From Laetmonice hystrix (Eukaryota): a stretch of DNA of 64,000 nt. Positions within the stretch are counted from its first letter, which is position 1. Each line of letters opens with the position of its first letter. Shown piece after piece: positions 39,161 through 53,047 of this stretch. Location: contig OZ249436.1 of assembly GCA_965235115.1 (NCBI GenBank), positions 50,470,001-50,534,000 of the forward strand, in the 5' to 3' direction. A program made the position numbers and the translations under genes. The notes beneath the pieces are model-generated. The model saw only the letters and a program-made list of their open reading frames with translations. It was not told the DNA's origin and did no database searches.

Positions 39161-39350
39161 AGGGAATAGAAAAGTTCCTCACTAACGTACCTTTGAACAC
39201 CAGTAACACCATATAAAGTGTCTAAGGTCACACCGATAAGTGGAACACTGTCAACGGCGACTTTTTAAAAATACCGCCCGGGTCATTCGCTATTTCCCAC
39301 GCGAGACAGCGAACACCCTTATATTGATAGTTTGAACTTTTCTATTCCCT
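39161..39350. mobile_element. Kolobok-like MITE, perfect 17-bp TIR, TTAA TSD
   Basis: ttaa|agggaatagaaaagttc ... gaacttttctattccct|ttaa. Confidence 0.85.
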
Positions 39351-42300
39351 TTAACACACGCTGGCACCGCACCGCATAAATCTACATTATGCCCTGATAG
39401 AAGTTAAATTATTAAAGCATAATGAACTCCTAGCGACCGGGTCTAATTCTGGCGACATTGTTTCGAGTTACGGCAGTGCGCTAAGGTGAATATGGTATAA
39501 TGACGCGGCGAAGTGTCGTAGATGTTATGCCGTATATGCCGCATATTATTAACTGTAAGTAGGATCATTGATATCATCGCGAAAACACCGTTAAAAAGAG
39601 CACCTCAGTGAACGGGAGAATAATGAACCAAATCTACATTAAATCTCGGATATGACCACACGACATTATGTGGCACAACTGCTAAAAAAGGGCCGTTCTG
39701 AACTTTTCCATAGTTGTGGTAGGAATTAGACTGGCGAGAAAAATGTACTCTTTATTGAGCAGACATGAATAGGCAATCATCACATACCGGACTTGAAATT
39801 CTCGCTGCACATTCATGGAACGCGTCGAAGAGCCATTTGCATGTGTTTTCTTAGTCATCGCCGAGGACTTCTGGCATTTGAGACCAACAAAAATACGTGA
39901 CATGGAAGAAAAATTGAAACGTTCTTTGACATGTCTGTAAGTATGGTTTATTATAGGTGTCGAGCTGTTGCCCTAAGGTATTATTCCTTCGTTTCCAAGT
40001 TGGATGCCCTTCTAAGACTAGATTCTCCGCATGTAGAACCCACTTCTCGTTTTGGTTCTTGATAGATCAAAAAGGCTCCACAGCCCCATGCATTCAGGAT
40101 CATAACGCATTTTAGACCGTACTAATGCTTCTAAAAGTAACATTATTGACACATAATGCACTCTTAGCTCAATTCATGTGACATTGTTTCGAGTTACAGC
40201 AGTACGCTAAAGTGAATATGGCAGTATATATAAATGCCCTCGGCTACATCTTGGACATATTACTATAGCATAACATTAATCCCGTCTCGGCCTTGGACCG
40301 TCATGCAATGTCTGTTAAATACTGGCCGAACGCTTTGAGTATAGATGAATAAAAACTACAGGTATGAGTTATAGGCGGGCCTATGCTGTTGATAATTCAC
40401 TGAGGGATCATGTAATAGAATACCGTTTATGAAGTCACCGGCGGCTCGTGTCTGTCCCTCGCTGTCCAGATCCAGGAACCCACTGAATGTCCCTGTCCTG
40501 ACGTGACGTCAGCGACGCTGTAACCCAAGACGACTGGCGGACTGTAGCCCTGCCCTTCACATAATCCATAGTTCGTGTTACTACATGCAGGTTTCGGTAG
40601 CTACAGTATAGTGGGAGGCCGAGTCAATGGTTGCTATGTATCTGAGATATTGTAAGGTTCACTATAATCTCAGCATTAACGGGTAGGGATACAATGGGAC
40701 GTTAAACAAGATGATGGGCACTTCGCGACAGTCTATAATCTAAAATTCAAAATTAATTTATCTACCTGTTGATGTTGGAGTTATTAGAAAATGGCACACA
40801 ACCATAAATTAATAATAGTTTTATGATCTATCCTTTAATGATTACAGCGCCTCGCCCATTGTTTCAATCTCAGCTCAATGTTAAATAATTAAAATTTTGA
40901 TGAACTAAAGCAATCAAAGTATCTCAACCCACTCCTTTATTCAATAATTGCATGACACAATCCAAATAATGACGAATATCAGGCGAGCAAGTAATACTTT
41001 ACAAACAGAACTCTTCTCTCTCATCAAGAAAAAATTAAAACAATGCAAATATGCATCCAGTCTGACGCGGCTCTTCTTAAACACGCATTATTAATTCACC
41101 CGTTTCAACATTAATAGGATATCTTTAGTTCTAGGACAACGAACCCCCGGACATTCACGCCCCCCCCCCATCCCCACCCTTGCCCCACCCCCACCCGAGA
41201 GACAAATGTCTGGAGAGAGATGGCCAGGAGGTAGTTACCCTGTCACCGAGAGTATGGAGTGTCATTTTTATCCTAACTAGACGTGAATAAGAAACAATCA
41301 AACATTATTATTGAAAGAACAGTCGGCATTGAAGAATTATCACTGAGAAAGGTTTTGGTCATACACTCAGATTTCATGATTTTTAAACGTTGTGGGAGTT
41401 AATTAGACGGCCAAACATTGTGTAACACCATCCCCGAGCTGGCCTCCCACGGGTGTACACTGTCAATGTGTCATGTCCATGTTCGACCACTGCGGGGTCG
41501 GGAAAGTGGCAGGAGTTTAGTGAAGGATCACCAAATGGTTGTATGGTGCCAGTGTGATCCCTGGCATGCCATTGGTCTGGTTGAACAGGCCCGTACCCCT
41601 CAGGTCAGTCGTGGATACGGGCCTGTTGAACGACCTGTCCACTTGTCGGGAACGAGTAGCAGTGTTCTGGTGACAGGCTACTCTGTGATCCCACTACCAT
41701 TACCCTGGCCTTGATCGTCCGTCAGCACTGTTTGTGGATAGAACAGGAGCCAGACTACTCGCGCCTTGTCAGGGGACCCGTAGAGTCGCTACATGAAAGA
41801 GGGAAAATGTTATCAAGTGCTTCGCGCACTAACATTCTAATTGATGGAAAAATATTATGAACCCTGGAAAATTATGTTGTCATTTAACTCATCTATAATA
41901 TTAATGTCACGGAAAAAACATTTTGTGTCAATTTCGATGCGAAAATTTCCGCCAAAATCCGACCTTTTCTATTGATTTGAAACTAACGATCGTCTTTTCC
42001 CTGGTTTGTTTGGATTTTTTTATTAGTCTCGGGAAAAAGATTATAGTTAGAGTTAATTTAGGCTAATAAAAAGAGTATGTGTGATATGCGGGCAAACAAT
42101 GGGATATGGTATTATTAGAGTGAGATATATTTTTCACTATCCGTACTTTACCTTTAAAGAGAAACTATTGCATCACATTTTCCAGAGGTAACAGGTGGTC
42201 TATCCTGTCTGCAATACCATATTACAATGATCTATCTCATTATGTGTTTCCTTGTAACAATAGCGAAACTGGACGAGCAAACGTGCCAGTCGTGCTTGGA

Positions 42301-44523
42301 CGTTGAAAAATACGATCGCATCTTACTCCAGCTTGTTGACATTCCTGGCTGGGAGCACCGGTCCGAATATACACCAAAACCGACCGAAACTGACCAAAGC
42401 TGACGACCTCATTGCCATCGGTGTCGATATGCCAAGGTCTGTTTCGGTCTGTTTCTGTAAATTCGCTCGGGTTCGGTGTTCGCACACCGCGAGCATTACT
42501 GCCCATTCGGAAAACCTCGGCCCAACTTCCGGTCCCGAGGTGGGCCGAATGCATGACTGCCCACACCGAAACCAACTATGACCCCGCTGTACCGAAACCG
42601 TTTTTCATGTATACGACAGGTTACACGGCGATATTCTAGCAAACACGATTGGCGTCTGGTCTGAGATGAATTTGCAAACATGTAGGTAGTTATATCGGAA
42701 ATGGTAGGATTTTTTCTATAACATAAGATGCAATTGGTTCCCTTTAAACACTATTTGGTAGCGTTGCTGCTGTATTGATTCCTTGTGTCCACTTTAGAGC
42801 TAGAAGCAATCAGATTGCCCTCCCTCCTATATCTTCCCCAGGCACATGCTGTAATTCACAGCAGAACTTATGGCAAACGGCAACTTTCTGAATTTAGTAT
42901 TGAATACAGCCTCTAATGACAAAAATATGTAGGGTATATGAAAAAAATCTTTGTGATATTAATACATTCAACAGGCACGCCGAAATATCTCATTGTGACA
43001 TATTTGTATTATGTATAGCTGAAGAGATAGCACATGTTTATATTTACAAGGTGATGTAGGAATAATTTAGGAACACGATGAGCAGTATTCTTCACATTCC
43101 AGAACTTCGTATATTTAAATGAGTTCACCACCCAGGTTTCTAAACTTAAAATGCAGTAGTTTTCTACGATTATGGGAATCTATAAACTACATTTTTAATG
43201 TGTATCAGCAGTTATTTCTGCCTATAAATTTTTATCTATAAAAAGATGATATTACACGAAGCCACTGTCATTTAATTAGGATTTAATCAAGCTCATCTGG
43301 CAGGATGTAAACGATCTTAAGCGGGCAGGGACGCGGACGTAGACTATCACGGAGACACGGCCTGGTTCTGACGATCATATACTGGCCTTATGTCGATGGT
43401 CACCTCCGGAACACGTTCCTGTGGTGTCCTTTAGTCGTCATTCATGATTGTCCTCAAGCCTGCTCTTTGTGACCTTTTGTGGAGTCCCCATGCAGAAATA
43501 TCTCAATGGTTGCTGTAGGGCCTTTCAAATGATCGTGCAGGGGGAAATCGATATACACCAAGGTAGAATTATGTACAATCGAGACTACGGTATACCCTCA
43601 GCACAAGTGGCATAGAACAGGGTGCCTCAGGACCCCGAGCCTACCTCACCCCTGCCTCTGAATATGCAGTGCCCTATATGATGTATTCTGGTGAAAACCG
43701 AAATGCCCTGTTGCTGTGGGGCCCACTACCCGTTCGACAACCAATCCCACAACCTTTGCCCCTCGCTCATTTATGGATAAAATGGTATAGTATCACAGAA
43801 GGACGAGAAGGATCACTGTATGCAAGGCGATATTGTAGTACATAATTGGTGTAATTGCTCTCGAGTCTGTTGTGACTTTTTGACCTCAACAAGAAACCGA
43901 TACTTTCCCAAAGCTGTCTTTAGATAAATATTGTGTGCGGTCTTTGTGAACTATTGCCGTATTAGTCTGGGAGCCAGCGTCCTAAAATTTTGGTTTTGTT
44001 GCACCCCCCTGGCAACATTGTACACCCTATCTTTTCTGAAAGTATGATATAGCAGGGGCAAAATGAGCCCGGGTGTAGGTTTCTATCATATTGCATAAGT
44101 GAGTAACAGCGGTTATATCCAGTGGTTATGCTTTCTGTTGCACGCACTAGCGTAATTTAGGACCTGCAGTGAATCCATCCCTTGGGGTTTCCAGTGATCT
44201 ATGGTTAACTACAGTCTAAGACCACTGCTATCCTTCAAAATAGGCCGTCCCCCCAACCAGCCACCCCGGCCTGTTACCTAGGCCTTCCCCCTACCTTTCA
44301 GGAAGTAGCAATACTCCTTTTCTGATTAAATGTTCCTTCTCAGATATATGGGAACATCATTGTTACGAATCCTTATCTAAAATTGCCTCTTTCATTGCTC
44401 TGGGAAGGAACTGAGTTGAAAGATCTGGGCCAGATAATGCCGCAGGAAGGGCCATCGTATCCGTCAGTGACCTTTATCGTGCAGTCCTTCCTTTCCCCGC
44501 AAACCAATGAATCCACATCCCCC

Positions 44524-45348
44524 CCTCCACCAGCACATCAGATTGGTAGGCTGTGACCTTGAGAGTTCATGTAAACCTCCATCAGCACATCAGATTGGTA
44601 GACTGTGACCTTGAGAGTTCATGTAAACCTCCATCAGCACATCAGATTGGTAGACTGTGACCTTGAGTTCATGTAAACCTCCATCAGCACATCAGATTGG
44701 TAGACTGTGACCTTGAGAGTTCATGTAAACCTCCATCAGCACATCAGATTGGTAGACTGTGACCTTGAGAGTTCATGTAAACCTCCATCAGCACATCAGA
44801 TTGGTAGACTGTGTCCTTGAGAGTTCATGTAAACCTCCATCAGCACATCAGATTGGCAGACTGTGACCTTGAGTTCATGTAAACCTCCACCAGCACATCA
44901 GATTGGTAGACTGTGACATTGAGAGTTCATGTAAACCTCCATCAGCACATCAGATTGGTAGACTGTGACATTGAGAGTTCATGTAAACCTCCACCAGCAC
45001 ATCAGATTGGTAGACTGTGACATTGAGAGTTCATGTAAACCTCCATCAGCACATCAGATTGGTAGACTGTGACCTTGAGTTCATGTAAACCTCCACCAGC
45101 ACATCAGATTGGTAGACTGTGACATTGAGAGTTCATGTAAACCTCCATCAGCACATCAGATTGGTAGACTGTGACCTTGAGAGTTCATGTAAACCTCCAT
45201 CAGCACATCAGATTGGTAGACTGTGACCTTGAGAGTTCATGTAAACCTCCATCAGCACATCAGATTGGTAGACTGTGACCTTGAGAGTTCATGTAAACCT
45301 CCATCAGCACATCAGATTGGTAGACTGTGACCTTGAGAGTTCATGTAA
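44524..45348. repeat. 52/50-bp tandem array, ~16 units
   Basis: Unit cagcacatcagattggtagactgtgaccttga(ga)gttcatgtaaacctccat. Confidence 0.97.
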
Positions 45349-48300
45349 AACGGAACCATTTCCCGTTCTTGATGAAGTCACTGTTGTTGTCACTTCACAC
45401 AATCAACCCTTACTCCAAGCGCTCCAAGGTTTAAATGATCTTTGAGTTATTGTGCTACTGCCCGAACAAGTCTGTTAAACTACTGGGCGTAAATTAAGTT
45501 TAAACCCGAAAAACATCAAACTTAATTAAAATCATAGCCTTTCTGAAGTGATTAGAAATGAGAGAATTCTTCTCGACCGTAACTTTTGAAGGCAGGTAAT
45601 TATCATTCGTTTGATACTGGTCTATAAGGCGAGCGAGAAACAGGAGAAAAGTGAATCGTTTCGGAACTGGGAGCTATAATAGTGTGCCAGACGATGGACA
45701 GATAGAGAACTGGTCTGCTCAGTGAATGAGACGCTCTGCCATGGTGAGGAAGGCAGCTCGAGCCTGCCGCAGGCTGAACCGGCCAATTCTCTGGCAGCAG
45801 AAGACCACAATACAACGTGACTTCAAAGGATACAGAGAGTAGGCTTTACCAACGGACTAGATTATTGATTTGATGACCTTTCGTTGTCTACCAGCCGCAA
45901 GAGGGCCCACGGATACCACTATTGTTTGAGAAGAAAATCGTCCTTTCAGACTTTACAAATCTTGTATGACAAACCTGACAAGATGCAGTAGTTTAAGGGT
46001 CACAATAGAGACGGTGTTAAGGGTTATGGTCGGGTAGAGATTCTCTCAAAGGCTATGGGAGGGGCCTGGGGGCTTCATTAGAATATATTGACGAGACACT
46101 AAGTATCAAGGGCCTCGTATAATAATTTCATGCAATATTATTGTCCTCTTTTAAAAATAATAAAGATCACATTTTTAGTAGGTTTACAAGAATATTAGTG
46201 ATCACTAATTTTGCCCTCCCCCCCCCGTTTTATACTAGGCTGTACCCGTCCCCCAGGACACGTGCTCCCCTTCCGCTATCCACAGTTCCTACAATATGAT
46301 GATTTCTACCACTGGCATTGTGTGAACGTTCATGCAGGATACAGCGGCCCTTCGGCTTGGTGTTTTCCCGCTGTAACACCAGGTGGCAGTGTAGTCAGTG
46401 CATGTTGACTCGGACAGCTACAGGCGGAATTCCTATCTTCGAATCCCTGGTCCATGCCGGCTGTATAACTATAAGGTCATATTCTTCCTAAAATAATATC
46501 TCGGATGAAAATTATAGTAAGAATAACCAAGAAATAAAATAAACATATACAACTAATATGATAAGATTATAAAAGCTGTGCCCCAAGCCGACTGTACACT
46601 TGATTCTATCAGGAGTCCCTGAAGCTGCCTCGAGATTTTTTAAAATAAAATGATTTTACGAGATTCTGCAGATGACACGCCATGTTTGCATATGTTTTTA
46701 CCCACTGAGTGACAGCTATAGCTATAGGCCTAGCTATCAAACATAATATAGCAAAACCATTATCTGAGTATTATAGGTCTGCAAGTACCGGTACACTTGA
46801 AAAGTAAGGAAGGGCAAAAACGATAAATAATTCAAACAGCAAATCACTCGATAGATAAACCAGGACCTAGGCTATACCACGGACTATATAGGTTTATGTA
46901 TTCACGCCATCATTGTGGAAAGGTGGTATATGGTAGGGGCACTATATAATTATTTGGACCAGTGTGTCTTTTTAATTTCCGCCCCCCTCCACCAATTGTC
47001 AGCCTTCCGTCCCTAATTATAGTGGCAATTTATGAAATTTAAAATTTAGGCCTACATAATTATTATAATTCGTTCTTAACGTAACCAACCGTGAAATGCT
47101 AAGTGGGGCATTCTATAGGAAGTTAAGGTACCATGAACAGTGTCAACGACATATTGGTTTCTGTGCCATGGGGGCGATACATATACCATTACGGGATCTA
47201 TAGTTTACCCTTACTTTGACAACGGCAGTGAGATGAACATTACCGAGGGGGTCTCCTGGATCGACGATAGACTAAATTAGACTGTTACTGTAGGCAGGGG
47301 GCTGACAACCTGGCCTATACCCTGCCAAATATCAAATATTCTATGTTTGAAACTTTTACTCTGGTAATTGCGCACACACAAAAGAGGCGAAATGCCCGAA
47401 CATGGCATTGGAATACCCATCTTCTTTACCGTTGACCAGGCGGAGCTGGAGTCGAAAGGTAAGATAAAAACTTTACTAGGTCTGTATCTCAACATCATGT
47501 AATACAAGTCAACCGTTTGCTGTGCATGAACGCGCCTGAACCCTTCATGCTACAACATAAGACAGCCATGTTTGGTCCCGTTTTCATCATAACGCTCTCG
47601 CCTAGGTTTACACCGTCCATCGCCCTGCACATCATAACACATGCCAACGTCTGAGAAATCTTGACCATTTAGTGTTTTAGTTTTTTCTTTTCGTGTACAG
47701 GTCCATGCGGTATAGTATTGCATGGCTGAATGTGTGAAGGGTAGATTGTGACCTCACAGGGGATGTATGTCTAATGCATGGCGAGAGTTTCCATGGAGTT
47801 CTGGGGTGAGGTGGGAGGGGGGAGTTCAGGTAAATGGTGCAGAACACGGTGACCTTAAAGAGATTACATACATGTATCCAGGACGGCCGCTGTAGAGACG
47901 TTATTATAGATGGTTGACGAAAAATGTTTGCTTCTCATGGCTCTAACATCAGAAAGGAGAAATATGACGGTCATATTGGTTCCTGATATAGATTAGTGAA
48001 GTGTCAGCAGGAAAGGCAAATGTTTATTTGACTAAGTGCTATCCAATTTTTCAGTTAGCCCATGGTTAGCCAAAGGTTCTTTCTTAATGCGTTCCTTTCG
48101 TGAATGAAATGTTCGCTAGGCAAGTTCGCTAGGCAGACCTTTTACATAAATAATCACTTCCATACTAGTAATCATTGCCTGATTACACAACTTGAGCAGG
48201 GTATAATATAAAGGTGTCTCCAGGGGACATGTGCACTCCCAGTCTCGCTTTTATGGGCGACATCTAGTGTGTGATTAGACAAATAGTGTAAGTCTAACCC

Positions 48301-48654
48301 CAGCAACCCATCGGGCCATACATGTCCCGTCACGCTTCGTGCATTACTAGTGCAAACAAACAAACAGACATAACAACATATTACAACAAGAGTGCATCCT
48401 CTTAGGGGTTACAGGTAAGTGTGTCGACTGTACACGTCATGGCTGGCTGACTACAAGAGATGTAAGGAAAACAGTGGGACAGTAGGCTGACTGATGGTAA
48501 GGGACCCAACCTTTTATCGTATAGGCCTACACTAACATGGCAGTCCATGCCCACTCTATAAGGTTATGCTGTAATAGGTCTGCATTCCTTCCATCCTCTC
48601 TCTCTGTCTTTCTGTACATCTATCCATCGATCTATCTCCCCATCAATACCCTGG

Positions 48655-48980
48655 GAGTTTTGGTATTTAACGCAAAGTGAGCAGTACAGCTATATCAGGG
48701 CGATAACAAGGTAACTATAACTCAGTTGGTGAAATCCATTGTGTGTTAATGATGAGGTGAAGAAGAAACAGCCCGCCCCCTAACGGACGAGGCTCCTGTG
48801 GAACCACCTACTCTAAATGCCAATAGATCTTTAACGTGCCCCTCCACATAGACGTATCATGACAAGGCCGGCCTTTGATAAAGCAGTCGGCAGCACTGAT
48901 ATAAGTCCGGGGAGGTCGTGGCTGGAACCCAGAACCTTGGGATCAAAGATTCCGGCTCTGCGCCACCCCGGACCACGGTT
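48655..48980 (-). mobile_element. Degenerate tRNA-derived SINE
   Basis: On the minus strand there is an A-box-like gtggtccggggtgg and a B-box-like ggttccagcc. The 3' end ccttgttatcgccctgatatagctg...gcgttaaataccaaaactc matches the insert at 54036-54101. Confidence 0.6.
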
Positions 48981-49308
48981 GGTAGACAGCAACGGCGGAA
49001 GCAATTTCGGATTTAGGGGGGGGGGGGGGGGGGGCTAAATGACATTATTGGGGGGGGGGGGGGTTAAAGCCAGCCCCCCTGCTCCGCCGTGCTTGCTGGA
49101 GGTATAGGGTTCGATAACATGTGGATGAAACCTGCTACTGTATAGTTTATTATAAACTGGATCACTAGGTCGTGAAATAGGTTATCATTGGACCATTCAC
49201 CTTCCGTGACCTCCGTTGTTTAAAGGCCTTTGTTTGTTTCCTGTTATGACGCTGCCTGTACTTAGAACGAAAGATCAACAACAATTTAGCTCTCAATACC
49301 ATGTTCTA

Positions 49309-49543
49309 CACTATAAAGAATATTCAACAAAATTTACAGATTGATTTGGTGTAAATTTATTTTACAGTAGAGTTACCTGTAAAATAATGCAGTAATCTTT
49401 ACATTTACAAATAAAAATGCCATAAAATTACAAATGTTTCTGTCAAATTTACGTATTTTGCCTGTTTAATTACAGTTATTATAACTGGCAGCTGGGACGC
49501 CAGTGAAACTAACTGTAAAAATACGCAGCAGTTTTTTACAGTG
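49309..49543. mobile_element. CACTA/EnSpm-like MITE with TA flanks
   Basis: ta|cactataaagaa ... ttttttacagtg|ta, with internal repeated ctgtaaaa/tttacag motifs. Confidence 0.55.
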
Positions 49544-49939
49544 TATGTGAGAGGCGTAAAGTAATGCGACCAACATGGAGATATCGATAAGATCCTACCA
49601 AAATGGGAGAAAGAGTAGGCTATGGCCCGTCTTCGGTAATCTTGAGGCTTTGCATTGAGACAAAAATATCTCCATATACCACCCCCCCCCCTAGGAAATT
49701 TAACAAAAAGTCTATATTTGACATAATTGGACGAGCTAGTTATGGTTAAAGGTGCTCCGTTTGATCAACATGTCGGGATCAGGCAGGTCGCCCACTGTAC
49801 ACATATTGTGGCTCCACCTAGAGGGAAAGGCTTGCAAGGAGCGCCGATTATTTCTCCCGTCAGGTGGCCCCTGCATAAACCTCTTGTGGCACCCCTGTCA
49901 GATTTGGAGATTTTATAACAATTTGCTATAATGTTCAGT

Positions 49940-50157
49940 CAGGGGGCGGATCCAGGATTTTCGGTTGGGGGGGGGGGCAAAGTTGATTTTATCCAGCTGA
50001 AATTTGGTGGGAAGGGTATTCCCTCCCACCGGCGGGGTCTGGGGGCCTCCCTTAGAAATTATGAAAAAAAGATGTAATTTGGTGCAATCTGGCGCAACCT
50101 GAGCCTTTCGGGGGGGGGGGGGGGAGGGCCTTTTGGCCCCCCTTGGATCCGCCATTT
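49940..50157. mobile_element. G/C-tract hAT-like MITE, 5-bp TSD TCAGT
   Basis: tcagt|cagggggcggatccagg ... ccttggatccgccattt|tcagt. Confidence 0.65.
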
Positions 50158-52393
50158 TCAGTGTACTTTTCGGTCTGATTGTTGGGTTCACCATACACCT
50201 CTTTTTTGTAAGCCACTGGGTCAGAGGTCCAGATATTTGGCAAAAGATCCAAAGTTATGGACATTTATCTCTGGCGCATGGCTAAGAGGTCCATGATATT
50301 TCACAAAACATCCAAAACTGTGTACCTTTCTTTCCGAAAATTCTGGACCTTTTGGGGTTGTCAAAATTCAAGGGGGCAATGCCCCCTGCTCCCCTGATAA
50401 AAATATCCCTGCGTTATGTAGGCCTATGTCAAGGTCTTGTGTTGCTGTTTGCTCGAGCCCTTGTAGTTTTAACGATTGCGTCATCTATATTATTGACCCC
50501 CCCCCCCCCCGATCTATGTAGCCTACCTGATCTACATACCGTCATGTAGCCCTATGTCAAGGTCCCGTGTTGCTGTTTGCTCGATCCCTCGATCCCTTGT
50601 AGTTTTAACGAGCGTGTCATCTGTAACTGTTTACTCTGGGCGAGGTCGGGTGTTTTCACCAGATCCTCCAAGCATCACTCTTGCCAAAAAGCTTCGGTGA
50701 CATGATCATAAATCTTGAATACCGTGTTGAACCCACTAAACGTGTATGCCCTGATAAACGCAGGGATCCCCTTCTCTGGGATCATAACTTCTTCTCCACT
50801 GATTATACTAGGCAGTCACAACAGAACTACACTCACCTTCCTAGCCCATTAGAACAGAGATGATCCCGCAGTATAGGCCTAATGATAATATTTTTGACCG
50901 GCTGATATTTCTATCCCAGTCGCCATATTCTATCTTCTATCCCAATCTTTTTCCGCTCAGTTAAATGGAGCCGGGTCGGGTCGAGGCGTTAGGCCGATAG
51001 ATCTATGATTGAGATTGGCCCTACAAGTCAGAGTTCTAAGGTCTAACCGTACAACTGTAACCTGTTTAGCCTAAGGGCCGCCATAGTTAGGCTAACATAT
51101 TCGTATCAAATGAAACATTATTATAAACTATTATATAGTTCCTCAGTTTATAGTTTGTGCCGAGAAAGGCTAGTCTTATTGCGTGTTCTCACCGAACTTC
51201 TCAGGTAACGACAGTAGTGTTATTACAGTCTATAGATCCCGACAAACAATCCCATTGTCGTAGCCTGCGGGGGGGGGGGGGGGGCGAGGGGGCAGCTGCC
51301 CCCCTGGGAGTTCCAGTTTTGTTTTGTTTTACTCACACCCCGGGTCAACTCGACTGGTGCAATGAGGCGCTATCACGCGGGCAGGCCTATCCCCCCCCCC
51401 TCCCCGAGTATTTGGGCCAGGCTCCTTTATATCATGGTTCATGAGTTTCATCCTGTTTTTCTGTATCAACTGAAGATCTGTGGATAAAGGACCATTCTAA
51501 TTTTTATAGGGTATGTCCTATATAATGAGCGTGTTCTATTTACTAGCAGAAAGTGACAATTCTAGACAAACACCCAAGTTATGTATAACATCCCATATCA
51601 GCGTATAAAAAACAAGAAAGGACAAAATTCGTTAACTGTAGGATATGGTGTATGGAGGTCTATATTTTACTGTATGATAAATTACCTTATAAATCTGAGT
51701 ATATTAAATAGCGATGTTTGCCTCTCTATTCTTTGTCGCAGAAAAGAAAGAGGGGCAAGTATATAAATCTTCCCTCGACACAAATATCGGCATACTGTAA
51801 ATCCTCATTTCCTGACCTGTTTATTTCAAGAATTAGCAATTTTAATAAATTTGAATGCCAATCAATTAGAAACGGCCGTACACTATTACTGAGGCTGCAT
51901 TTTTCGCAATGGGTTTCGCAATTTTGATGTTGTTTGTGGTTGTTGCTATCGATTTGAGACCACCGAGACCAATGTGGTCGGCCTGTGGCTGTATACTCGC
52001 CGGTTAATCACTCGGCAACTAACACAATTCCTTTAAAACATTTTTTTTTAACTTTTTAAGAAGTTATACCCGTATAGGTGTGAAAGTAGAATTAATGTAT
52101 TGCCGAAAGTATGTTTTCACTCAAGAAAGCGTGAAGAAAGCCGATCTAACGATGCTTCGTTGGACTTTTTAAACACCTAAACGACAATCGCGCTTTTCTT
52201 CAAGTTCACCTCATACTTTTTCCTCCCTTTTAAAAAGAACTTGCGCTTGCCGTCGGCATAGTTTAAAACGACAGAGTGCATGATTTATAAACCGTTTCTT
52301 TAACGTTTTTAAATACATGTACGAGATACCAGATTTCAGACCACCGGAACCTCCTGTTGCTTTTCGCAGTTGAGAAATCTTTTTTCCGTTGCA

Positions 52394-52561
52394 ACTGGCA
52401 GACGAAAAATGTCTCACTAAGGAAATTGGGACATTTTTCGCAGGCAGTATATGTCCCAACGAGAGATTTTGAGACATTTTTCATATCATACATACGAAGA
52501 ATGTCTCAAAATCTGTGATTGGGACCTTTTTCTCAGTTGAGACACTTTTCGTTGCCACAGG
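52394..52561. mobile_element. Small palindromic MITE-like element
   Basis: ctggcagacgaaaaatgtctcact pairs with agttgagacacttttcgttgccacag. Internal inverted repeat agattttgagacatt / aatgtctcaaaatct. Confidence 0.45.
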
Positions 52562-53047
52562 GCAGTCTGTTCAGTATGGCCGTATGCTTTATGTTTGTCA
52601 AGTTCGCCTGAAGTCTGAGATTGACACTATAACACATCTGACAGCCAGCATGGAGCCAGGAGTGGCAACTTAGCGGGGACAGGAGGGGACTGAGCCCTGC
52701 CCCACTGAAAACAACCAGCTATAAAAGAAAGAATGAAAAACAATAACTATATCTGCCATCCTAAACATGATATATAGACTAATGTTAATCCCCCCCCCCC
52801 GTAAAACGAAGGAAGTCAAAGAGTAACGTACACACCGTAGTTGGACTGACTTCCGGTTCTCGCTCGAGTATAGGCCTAGATATATCCCGCCATGCATCTT
52901 CCCCTGATGTGCGGGATTTTAGGAGAGTACGACCTTTATGAATTAATTCGGATTACATCACAGAGAATAAACAATCAAAAACAGTCAAATATTTTGTTAA
53001 AAGATCAAGGCGTTTTCTTGGCACAGAATATGTTCAATACACCCTGA

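Noticed and set aside
26853..45730. Shared 15-mer tgctcagtgaatgag at ~26853 and ~45716
   Set aside because: An isolated 15-bp match is expected by chance in 64 kb, and the flanks do not align
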